From a virus (taxonomy: Duplodnaviria > Caudoviricetes), in the IMG/VR virus record IMGVR_UViG_3300031949_000107, positions 1 to 36,535 of that record: a DNA stretch of 36,535 nt. The stretch is one strand, 5' to 3'. The position numbers were made by a program, and so were the translations under genes. Below, piece by piece: positions 26,756 through 34,675 of the stretch. The notes under the pieces were generated by a model. The model did not search any database. It was not told where the DNA came from and saw only the letters and a program-made list of their open reading frames with translations. The first letter of the stretch is position 1. Each line of letters opens with the position of its first letter.

Positions 26756-28176
26756 TGCCCACCGCCGACGGCTTCATCCCGCACTTCAGCGACACCGCTC
26801 CAGCGGCGCCGGCAGGTCAGCGCAACGTAAAGTGGCAGAAGGGCACCGGCTACAGTGGGACGCTGGTCTGGAACGGCCAGAATTGGACGGTCGTATTCTC
26901 CGATCTCTCCGCCAACGTGCCGAACTTCGGCGGGGTGAACGCGCAGGTCGGGACCTCGTACACGGTTGCGGACACCGATCAGGGGAAGCTGGTGACTCTC
27001 AGCAACGCTTCGCCGGTGGCGGTGACCCTACCGGACACGCTCGACGACCACTTCGTCTGTGCGGTGGAGAACCTTGGGGACGGCCTTGCCACGCTGACCC
27101 CGGCGTCCGGGACCATCAACGGCGAGGCGTCGCTCGACCTGGAGAAGGGCTCCGGCGCGCTGCTGTACTTTGACGGCACGAATTGGGAGTGCTTGACCGG
27201 GGGTGGAGGAGCTGGCGGCGGCGGGGTCAACGAGCAGGTCACCGACTACACGGCGCTCGCCACGGACAGCGGCAAGCTGATCGCGATGAACAAGACGACG
27301 GCGGTGACGCTGACCCTGCCGGCCGCCCCGCCCTCGGCCTCGTGGTGGATTGCGGTCGAGAACGTCGGCGCGGGCGCGCTCACGATCGACCGCAACGGGC
27401 TGAACATCGACGGGGCCGCGGCGAGCCTGACGATCCTGCGGAACGCGGGCCTGCTGGTCTACACGGACGGCGTGAACTATTTCACGTCGCGCGGTATCTC
27501 GCAGCCGGACGAGCAGCTAAAGGCCGTGGACGACACGCTTGTCCTCACTCAGCAGACGACCTATGTCGAGGCCGAGGGCGGGGTGAGCGGCATCACGCTG
27601 ACCCTGCCGCCGGTGGCGTCGAACGGGCGGCGCGTGGTGGCGGTGAAGAAGACCGACTCCGCTGCTGGAAACGTGACGGTCAAGGGCACCGGAGCCGAGA
27701 ACATCGACGGGGCCAACACCTACGTCATCACGTCACAGTACGCCTTTGTGGTGATGCAGTGCGACGGCTCGGACTGGCAGATCATCAGCTCGTCTCGAGC
27801 CCTGAGCGGTGGCGCCACGAAGGGCGTGGTCGGCATCACGGTTGACGGCGGCGGCGGCGTCGTGCCGACGACCGGGGTGAAGGGCTACATCCGCGTTCCC
27901 TACTCCGGTACCATCACCGGCTGGACGCTCTTCGGCGACGTGGCCGGGAGCTGCGAGTTTGACGTCAAGAAATCCACGTTCGCCGGCTTCCCGCCGACCG
28001 TGAGCATCGTAGCGGGCGACCCGCCGGAACTGGTGGCGCAGCAGGCCGCGGAGAGCTCGACTCTGACAGGCTGGACGCTGGCGATCACCGCCGGCGATGT
28101 GCTCAGCTTCAATCTCGTATCGGTCTCTACCCTCAGCCGTATCACGCTGGAAATACAGGTGAACAAAACGACATGA
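26755..28176 (+). CDS. tail fibre with three T4 gp9/gp10-like repeats and a C-terminal beta-sandwich
   Basis: Repeats GGVN.Q...YT....D.GKL......VTLP...I[ND]G....L......DG.NW. TGATG start at 26755. Confidence 0.75.
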   Translation: MPTADGFIPHFSDTAPAAPAGQRNVKWQKGTGYSGTLVWNGQNWTVVFSDLSANVPNFGGVNAQVGTSYTVADTDQGKLVTLSNASPVAVTLPDTLDDHFVCAVENLGDGLATLTPASGTINGEASLDLEKGSGALLYFDGTNWECLTGGGGAGGGGVNEQVTDYTALATDSGKLIAMNKTTAVTLTLPAAPPSASWWIAVENVGAGALTIDRNGLNIDGAAASLTILRNAGLLVYTDGVNYFTSRGISQPDEQLKAVDDTLVLTQQTTYVEAEGGVSGITLTLPPVASNGRRVVAVKKTDSAAGNVTVKGTGAENIDGANTYVITSQYAFVVMQCDGSDWQIISSSRALSGGATKGVVGITVDGGGGVVPTTGVKGYIRVPYSGTITGWTLFGDVAGSCEFDVKKSTFAGFPPTVSIVAGDPPELVAQQAAESSTLTGWTLAITAGDVLSFNLVSVSTLSRITLEIQVNKTT

Positions 28177-29318
28177 GCTACGCAGCGCAGAAGTTCCTCG
28201 TCTTCACCAACGCTACGGACGCCGACTATCAGTCCTGGGCCGACGCTATCAGCTCCGCCATCCGCTCGATGGGCTGGATTCAGCAGAACGACACCGGGCA
28301 GGGCGTCTTCGCCGTCACGAACATGGTCCTGACCCAGGTGGCGGTCGGGGCGAACGCCGTGTACTCCTACTCATCGTTCACCGGGCCGGCGCCGCGCGTT
28401 GGGATGTCGGTGACGTTCTCCGGTTTCCTGACCGGTGGGAACAACGTCACGGCCGTCCTGACCGCCGTTTCCGGTGGGGCCAGCGGCACCGTCACCGTGG
28501 CCCTGACCACACAGGCGAACGAGACGCACGCCGGGACCGGCGTCACTACGCTCTCGACCTCTCCCGCCTCGGCCAGCTTCAACTTCGAGATCTGGGGGCC
28601 TGGCGACGGCGGGGCGACCTTCTACCTCAAGATCGAGTACGGGTCGAGCAGCGGCGGCACGAAAGGCCCGCGGGTTCGTATGTCGCTCGGCACGACGACG
28701 AACGGAGCCGGGACGCTGACTGGGCTCGTGACCTCGGTCTTCGAGCCGAGCGCGTCCAACCTCGTTGGTACGGCCAACACTAACTCCTACGATTCTTATT
28801 TTTCTGGTGACACAAACAGGCTGGGGTTGATGCTCTGGCGCGGTCTAACTGCGGGCGGGGGTTCCAACAGCGGGGTGCCGATGATCTTCGTCGTCGAGCG
28901 CACCCACAACGTGGACGGTACGGACAACTCAGATGGCGTCACCATAGTTGTGTACGCGCCTACGAATGTCATGGTCGGGCAGTCTGGACAGCAGACGTTG
29001 GTCATGGCGGTGGGGGTTGGCAATCTTTCCTCCAACTCGCCCACCACCGTACCGAGCTACAACACGCCGATGAACAACACCAGGAACACCTCCGATGCCT
29101 TCAACGGCAGCATCCCGGTAGGCCCCATCTTCCCCAACTACGGTAGGTTCGGTCCTCCGCTCACTTCGCTGGCGGTCGTGCACGCTCAGGACATAGCCGA
29201 GGGTTGCTACTTCACGACGACCCTCTACGGTGCAACTCACACTTACATCTGTACGTGGATTAGCCAGGTGCAGGGAGTTACCAACGGTAGTTTGCGATTC
29301 GCCATGAGGTTCGACTGA
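28173..29318 (+). CDS. tail fibre-associated / virion structural protein
   Basis: Gly/Ser/Thr-rich beta protein, coupled by ATGA to the fibre gene. Confidence 0.6.
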   Translation: MSYAAQKFLVFTNATDADYQSWADAISSAIRSMGWIQQNDTGQGVFAVTNMVLTQVAVGANAVYSYSSFTGPAPRVGMSVTFSGFLTGGNNVTAVLTAVSGGASGTVTVALTTQANETHAGTGVTTLSTSPASASFNFEIWGPGDGGATFYLKIEYGSSSGGTKGPRVRMSLGTTTNGAGTLTGLVTSVFEPSASNLVGTANTNSYDSYFSGDTNRLGLMLWRGLTAGGGSNSGVPMIFVVERTHNVDGTDNSDGVTIVVYAPTNVMVGQSGQQTLVMAVGVGNLSSNSPTTVPSYNTPMNNTRNTSDAFNGSIPVGPIFPNYGRFGPPLTSLAVVHAQDIAEGCYFTTTLYGATHTYICTWISQVQGVTNGSLRFAMRFD

Positions 29319-29319
29319 G

Positions 29320-30081
29320 ATGGCGATCAGTGCCACTCTCGGTTCGGCTGCCTCGACCACCGCGGCGGCGGCGTCGAAGGCGTTGGGAGCGTTCACGCTC
29401 ACGGTCGGGCAGAACGTCTACGTCTTCGTCGGCCTCGACTCTACGGCCACCGCCGTGACGTCCATCACGGACACGAAGGGGAACACCTACAGCTTCGTCG
29501 GGGCGAAGGACGGCACGGGCGTCCGCATCGAGTGCTGGAAGTCGGTGAGCGTGGGAGCGCAGGCGGGGAACATCATCACGATCAACGTGTCCCCGAACTC
29601 GAACATCGCCGGCGCCGCGGAGGAGTACGCCGGGGTCAGCGCGGAGGGGAACACGGCCAACGACGCGGTCGCCTCGGACGCTAACCCTGTGCTCGGCGAT
29701 GACGCGCAGGACGGGAACAACTACGTCGCCTTCGGTGTTGCCTTCCCCTGCCAGTCCGGGGACACGCTGACGGCGCTGCTCGGGACGGAGCGGCAGAAGA
29801 GCATCCCGGCGGCCACGGCGGTTGGCGTGGCGCTGTACGACGTGACCTCGGTGTCGAATGAGACGATGAGGGCGCTGGCCAGGATCTCGGCGGCACGGGG
29901 GTGGGCCGCGTTCGCGCTGGAGCTGCGGAGCGGCGGCGGCGACAACCTGCCCGGCGGTTACCCGGTGGGTGACGCCCCGGCGCTGAACGGGGACAAGGAC
30001 ACCAAGTACCTGAACGTGAAGTGGCCACTGGGCGGCGGCGAGGGCTCGGGCGGTGGCGGGGCATGGCCGTTCGTATCATGA
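29320..30081 (+). CDS. tail fibre-associated beta-domain protein
   Basis: ITDTKGNTY...EYAGV motif, shared with the domains inserted in the tail tip protein. Confidence 0.6.
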   Translation: MAISATLGSAASTTAAAASKALGAFTLTVGQNVYVFVGLDSTATAVTSITDTKGNTYSFVGAKDGTGVRIECWKSVSVGAQAGNIITINVSPNSNIAGAAEEYAGVSAEGNTANDAVASDANPVLGDDAQDGNNYVAFGVAFPCQSGDTLTALLGTERQKSIPAATAVGVALYDVTSVSNETMRALARISAARGWAAFALELRSGGGDNLPGGYPVGDAPALNGDKDTKYLNVKWPLGGGEGSGGGGAWPFVS

Positions 30082-30097
30082 ATCCACGGAGGACTTC

Positions 30098-30484
30098 GTG
30101 AGGATACCTTTGCCAAGTCATGAGTTCGTTGCTACCGGAGCCGCCTACGCGCTCAGCTCGTCGGTGGGCGCCTCTCTGGGCCTCAGCATCTTTTCGATGG
30201 AGAGCAACGGACTCAGCACGGTCGACAACGAGGTCTGGCGCTGGATAGTGGGGAGCTTGCTCTTGGTCATCATCTTTTTGATGGGCGCTGGCATCAAAGA
30301 CGTCTCCAGACAGTTCAAGGACCTTAAGGGTGAGGTCTCTAAGACAGCGAAAGCGCAGGAGTTCTCTGCTCGTCAGCACCAGGCGATCATCACGCTGATG
30401 ATGATGATGCACCCTGACAGGAAGGACGACATCATCGCCGTCCTCAACACGGCCTCGATTCTGACCCACGAAAGGAAGGACTAA
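30098..30484 (+). CDS. putative holin / membrane protein
   Basis: GTG 30098 after GGAGG. TM segment WIVGSLLLVIIFLMGAGI followed by coiled coil. Directly before the endolysin candidate. Confidence 0.55.
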   Translation: MRIPLPSHEFVATGAAYALSSSVGASLGLSIFSMESNGLSTVDNEVWRWIVGSLLLVIIFLMGAGIKDVSRQFKDLKGEVSKTAKAQEFSARQHQAIITLMMMMHPDRKDDIIAVLNTASILTHERKD

Positions 30485-30488
30485 AAAA

Positions 30489-30887
30489 ATGGCTAAGTTT
30501 GCTATCAAGCGCGTAGCGATGCTTCCCACCAGCAGCTTCGGCGTGTTCCTGGACGACGGCGTCCCGTTCGCCGTCACAGTGGAGCGCCCGTGGCTCAATA
30601 ACCAGCGGTCCATATCCTGCATCCCGGCTGACACCTACCTGTGCAAGCGCGTACGGTCACCGAAGTTCGGCAACACGTTCGAGATCACAGGCGTCCCGAA
30701 CCGCTCTGCTATCCTGTTCCACAAGGGCAACCTGTCCGATGACTCGCATGGGTGCGTCATCACAGGGGAGCAATTCGAGCCGCTGAACGGCAAGGACGGC
30801 ATCGTGGCATCGGCTCACGGCTTCGAGGAATTCCTGCGGCGCACCGAAGGGCTGGACGAATTCTGGCTGGACGTCGTCGAGGTCTGA
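30489..30887 (+). CDS. DUF5675-family protein, putative endolysin (L,D-transpeptidase-like fold)
   Basis: TVE.PW.NN....SCIP...Y......SPKF......VP.RS.IL.H.GN...DSHGC..G. Confidence 0.8.
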   Translation: MAKFAIKRVAMLPTSSFGVFLDDGVPFAVTVERPWLNNQRSISCIPADTYLCKRVRSPKFGNTFEITGVPNRSAILFHKGNLSDDSHGCVITGEQFEPLNGKDGIVASAHGFEEFLRRTEGLDEFWLDVVEV

Positions 30888-30936
30888 GAGCTCGTCCCAT
30901 TCTGGCCGTCGCCGGAACTGAGCATCTGAGGAGGAC

Positions 30937-31710
30937 GTGGTGAACGTAGCTTGGGAACGAATCAAGTACGACCCGCTGCGCGCCGTCGCGCTCGTAGCCG
31001 TCATCGTCCTCGTGGCCGTGCTCACCTGGCAGGCTGTCAGCATCGGGCCTTACGCGCGCGACACCCTAAAAGAGACGAAGGCTGCGGCCGTCGAGGCGAA
31101 GATGCGCACGGTCGAGGCGAAGCCCATCATCGAGAACGCGAACAAGTTCGTCGAGGCTGGAACCGAGGAGCTTCGGGCGAAGTCGGACCTCCTGGGCGAC
31201 CAGATCAGGCACGCCAACAAGTTGTTCGCCTTGAACCAGCGGCAGATTAACACGACGGCCGACCTGCTCAACGGCAACAGGCACAGCTCGTACTGCCCGA
31301 TCGGCTCGACGCCGAATGGCTTCAGCTCGGAGGGCACGCCGTACTGCAACATCCCCGGAGCCCTGCCCGAGCTCACGGTGGCGATTCACAACTTCGGCGC
31401 GGCCGGCGAGGAGTTCCGCAAGGCCGGGGAGACGGTGAACGCCAAGGTACTGCCCAGTGCCATCAGGATCCTAGCGACCGTCGAGGACCTGATGAAGCAG
31501 CCGGAGTGGAAGGCAATCGCGCCCGAGGTCCTGGCGATGGTCAAGCACTGGCGGGAGACCGGGGCCAACGTCAAGGACATCACCGCCGACATCAAGAAGA
31601 TGGCCGACGACGCAGTGAACCCGAAGAAGAGGGGGCTGTGGCTCACCCTGCTCGGCATCGTAGGTCGGATGATAGTAGGGCCCGGAGTCCAGGGGCTGGT
31701 TCAAAGATGA
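30937..31710 (+). CDS. membrane-anchored coiled-coil protein (i-spanin-like candidate)
   Basis: N-terminal TM AVALVAVIVLVAVLTW, long helical region with a Cys pair, hydrophobic C-terminus. SD GGAGG. Confidence 0.6.
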   Translation: MVNVAWERIKYDPLRAVALVAVIVLVAVLTWQAVSIGPYARDTLKETKAAAVEAKMRTVEAKPIIENANKFVEAGTEELRAKSDLLGDQIRHANKLFALNQRQINTTADLLNGNRHSSYCPIGSTPNGFSSEGTPYCNIPGALPELTVAIHNFGAAGEEFRKAGETVNAKVLPSAIRILATVEDLMKQPEWKAIAPEVLAMVKHWRETGANVKDITADIKKMADDAVNPKKRGLWLTLLGIVGRMIVGPGVQGLVQR

Positions 31711-31773
31711 ATTCTCCGGAAAGCGGTACCGGGAAAAATCTGCCGGGAAAAGATGTACGGCGAGGGGTAGAGC

Positions 31774-32031
31774 ATGAACGTCAGAGCAAAGTTCAACATC
31801 GGCAACATCACGAAGTACACGGTACCCGCAGGCTCGGGCAGCGTGGTGCTGAACGCCGTCTACGCCAACAAGAACGGCACGGTCTGCGAGGAGAACAAGT
31901 CGTTCTCCGAGGCGACGCCGTCCGCTCAAATCAACATGATGATTAGCAACCCGGCGGCCTTCAAGCAGTTTGAGGAGGCATTCAACGGAAAGCGGGAGCT
32001 TTACGTGGACTTCAGCCTGGCGCCGGAGTAG
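31774..32031 (+). CDS. small phage hypothetical protein
   Basis: 85 aa with RAKF...V.L..V.....EN..F..ATPS..I.M.I.NP.A...F.....YVDF. SD GAGGGG. Confidence 0.75.
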   Translation: MNVRAKFNIGNITKYTVPAGSGSVVLNAVYANKNGTVCEENKSFSEATPSAQINMMISNPAAFKQFEEAFNGKRELYVDFSLAPE

Positions 32032-32089
32032 GCGGGAAGGGCCGGACTTCATCCCGGCCCGGGCATCATAAGAAACTCAAGGAGGCAGT

Positions 32090-32863
32090 ATGAAACTGAA
32101 GCGAGTTGCTATGGTGGCCGCGCTGTTCTTCGTCTGTGTCGGGCTGATGGGATTCAGTTGCGACAAGCCGAAGGCGGCAGCGGTAGCCGTCAACAAGTAC
32201 GCGGAGGCGCTGTCGCACTTCCAGGACGCCGAGATCAAGTGGCACGACATCGGTGAAAAGGCTGTCGCCGCTTGCAAGTTGCGGGGTGGGGCAGCGGGAG
32301 AATGTGCGAAGCTGGTCAAGGTGGATGCTGCCACGCATCACAAGATTCTCGTGGCGGAAAAGGCGGCGGCCCAGGCCGGGAGAAACCTCAACGCGGCCAT
32401 CACGCTCGCGAACAACGGTGGAGACCCGACCCTGTACGTGGACGCAGCGCAAAATACGTTCGACGACCTGCTGGCGGTGGTGAAGGCCGACGACCCGCAG
32501 GCGCAGCAGGAGTTGACCTCGCTCGCCGGCGCCGCCGGTGCGCTATTGAAGAATGCTGTCTCAGTGATCCAGGCGATAAAGAAAGCAGACCTGAATCCAG
32601 GAGGCACGTTCCCGGGCCTAGCCTTCCTGTTCCTGGGCCTCACGCTCGCCGGTGCCACAGTCTCGCTCGGGAAGGTTCTCGAGCTCCTGAACGCACTGGT
32701 CGAGCTTGAGCCCATCGCCTTCGACCTAGTGCTCAAGCTGTCTCGAAGCTTGAAAGGCAAGACCACAGAGGAGGTCGTCGCCATGAACGAGGCGATCTTC
32801 GGTAAGGTGGAGGCCGTGGCCGACGCCGAGCTGGCGAAGGAACAACTACCACCGGGGACCTAA
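32090..32863 (+). CDS. putative lipoprotein with internal hydrophobic helix (spanin-like candidate)
   Basis: MKLKR, hydrophobic stretch, then LMGFS|C (imperfect lipobox). Later GLAFLFLGLTLAGATVSL. SD AAGGAGG. Confidence 0.65.
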   Translation: MKLKRVAMVAALFFVCVGLMGFSCDKPKAAAVAVNKYAEALSHFQDAEIKWHDIGEKAVAACKLRGGAAGECAKLVKVDAATHHKILVAEKAAAQAGRNLNAAITLANNGGDPTLYVDAAQNTFDDLLAVVKADDPQAQQELTSLAGAAGALLKNAVSVIQAIKKADLNPGGTFPGLAFLFLGLTLAGATVSLGKVLELLNALVELEPIAFDLVLKLSRSLKGKTTEEVVAMNEAIFGKVEAVADAELAKEQLPPGT

Positions 32864-32866
32864 CAA

Positions 32867-33316
32867 ATGAACTCGGCTGAGTACTGGCTGGCATTCGCTT
32901 TGATCATGCTTCTGTGGTCTCTCATGCAACGGGCCGGAAAGATGCCTTCGGCGCGTGGCTGGCACGTATTCCTCGACTCGTTCAACACCCGGGGAGGGAA
33001 CATCGTCATTCTGACCTTGCTGACGCTGTTCTTCTATCGGACATCCCTGATCTTCTTGTATCAGATGTTCGACCGCGCCGTGGCGCAGGACAATTCGTTC
33101 GCCTTGATGGGTTTCCAGGCCACGACGGCTGCGTGGGGCGGGACGATGGGGGCGCTGATGAAGACCATGACCAGCGACTCTGGTCAGCGGCGCGCCACCG
33201 ACCCATCTGGTGACCCTGCGGCGCGGACGACACAGGTGCAGACGCAGACCACCACGTCAAAGACCGAACTGCCGGCGGAAGTACCCGCCGAGGAAGGAGG
33301 CAAACATGCTGAGTAA
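32867..33316 (+). CDS. multi-pass membrane protein (holin-like candidate)
   Basis: About three hydrophobic segments and a polar C-terminal tail. Confidence 0.6.
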   Translation: MNSAEYWLAFALIMLLWSLMQRAGKMPSARGWHVFLDSFNTRGGNIVILTLLTLFFYRTSLIFLYQMFDRAVAQDNSFALMGFQATTAAWGGTMGALMKTMTSDSGQRRATDPSGDPAARTTQVQTQTTTSKTELPAEVPAEEGGKHAE

Positions 33317-33455
33317 CTTTCTGTTGATGCTTTCCGCGGTGCTGTTCTTCATCGCGACGGTCTGGAACCCGGAGCCTCATCGGTTCCGTCTTGTATCGGC
33401 AGGACTGTTCTGTTGGGTCCTGGCGATACTGCTTGCTGCCTTCCGCGTAGGCTAA
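33306..33455 (+). CDS. small two-TM membrane protein (49 aa)
   Basis: MLSNFLLMLSAVLFFIATVW...LVSAGLFCWVLAILLAAF. SD AAGGAGG before ATG 33306. Confidence 0.7.
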   Translation: MLSNFLLMLSAVLFFIATVWNPEPHRFRLVSAGLFCWVLAILLAAFRVG

Positions 33456-33496
33456 CCGGCCTACGGGAAAGGAGGTCGCTTCGGAAACGCCAGAGC

Positions 33497-33531
33497 GGGC
33501 CCAGGCCGAAAGGCTTGGGCCTTTTTCTTTT
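33497..33531 (+). terminator. rho-independent terminator ending the late operon
   Basis: GGGCCCAGGCC-gaaa-GGCTTGGGCC followed by TTTTTCTTTT. Confidence 0.88.
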
Positions 33532-33629
33532 GCGCGCTCCAAGACTTGGAGTCCTTAGAGTCCCGTCAATACAGGGTTCAAGGTCATTCGCCTACCATTC
33601 GCCTATCCGTTTCCGGGCCTAAAAAAGAC

Positions 33630-33658
33630 TTGACAACCTACCAGCAACCTACTAATAT
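33630..33658 (+). promoter_or_regulatory. sigma70-type promoter for the probable early operon, overlapped by direct repeats
   Basis: TTGACA-N17-TAATAT with an A-tract upstream. CAACCTAC occurs twice across the spacer. Confidence 0.85.
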
Positions 33659-33703
33659 AAAGGTAGCTGGAAATGGACATCCGGCTAGAACAGGTGGACA
33701 GAG

Positions 33704-33958
33704 ATGACTACCAAGGAATTGCAGAACATCTTAATCGAGCATCGGCCAGGTTGTGAGTGTTCGACGTGCGATATGGCGATGATGGAATTGGCGCGGGCCC
33801 TCCGCGCAGAAGCCTCCGACAACATCCACGCTCACGCGCTCGGCGTCAGCGATACCACTTGCGACCCGACAGAACTGGTCGAGCCATCCGAAACGACTCC
33901 CGAACAAGAAGCAGCGGCGGACGTGATTCGCGCTCATGCGCTCGGGGTGCGGCTGTGA
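33704..33958 (+). CDS. small hypothetical protein with duplicated AHALGV motif
   Basis: First ORF after the promoter. H-x2-GCECSTC, plus IHAHALGV and IRAHALGV. Confidence 0.65.
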   Translation: MTTKELQNILIEHRPGCECSTCDMAMMELARALRAEASDNIHAHALGVSDTTCDPTELVEPSETTPEQEAAADVIRAHALGVRL

Positions 33959-34245
33959 TTCGGGGATCAGAAGCAGCGAAGGAAGCAGGACGCAAGGCCG
34001 CAGAGACGCGGCGCCTCAAGCTGGCGGCGATGACCGGGCCGGAAGTCGCGGTCCAGGTTCCCGACGACGCCGAGTTTGCCGGATGGGTCGGCAAGGGCGT
34101 CAGCTACTTTGATGCGGGATGGCGGTACGGCATCCTCTTATCAGTCTCGCGCGGGCGTGCCGTCATCGAACACGCGGCGAACGCCTACCGCAAGGAACAG
34201 GTCAAGGTCCCGGTGCAGGACGTGAAGCTCTATGCGAGCAATTGA
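33955..34245 (+). CDS. hypothetical protein, possible SH3/Tudor-like barrel
   Basis: GTGA overlap start. WVGKGVSYFDAGWRYGILLSV...AVIE. Confidence 0.6.
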   Translation: MIRGSEAAKEAGRKAAETRRLKLAAMTGPEVAVQVPDDAEFAGWVGKGVSYFDAGWRYGILLSVSRGRAVIEHAANAYRKEQVKVPVQDVKLYASN

Positions 34246-34675
34246 AATGAAAACCGCCAAGGAACGATTCCTAAAGCGCGTTGACAGGCGCGGCAATAAT
34301 GAATGCTGGCCGTGGACAGGATACGTCAGTAAGAACGGATACGGCTGGTTCCATTTGGACTCACACGGACCACCGACTACGGCGCACCGCGCAGCCTACA
34401 TTTTGTTTGTCGGTCCAGTAACCGATAAACAGGAAGTCCATCACAAGTGCGACAACCGCAGTTGTGTTAACTGGATTCGTCATTTGGAATCTACTGCCAC
34501 AAAGCGGCACCGCCTAGAACTATCTCCGCGCAACATCATGTACGGTTTCAAACACCGGACGCATTGTAAGCGCGGTCACGAATTCACGCCATCAAACACT
34601 CGGATTTCAAAAAGCGGAGGGCGGTATTGCCGAGCTTGCCGCGCTCTCCGCCAACGTGAAAAGAGGAAGTCATGA
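34232..34675 (+). CDS. HNH homing endonuclease (HNH_3 type)
   Basis: RF...V.......CW.WTG....GYG, AHR.AY, VHHKCDNRSCVN..HL, THCKRGH.F...N....R.CRAC. The start may be 34247. Confidence 0.88.
   Translation: MRAIEMKTAKERFLKRVDRRGNNECWPWTGYVSKNGYGWFHLDSHGPPTTAHRAAYILFVGPVTDKQEVHHKCDNRSCVNWIRHLESTATKRHRLELSPRNIMYGFKHRTHCKRGHEFTPSNTRISKSGGRYCRACRALRQREKRKS

Noticed and set aside
32039-32060. Hairpin GGGCCGG-N8-CCGGCCC as a terminator
   Set aside because: It has no U tract. At most it is an mRNA-stabilising stem.
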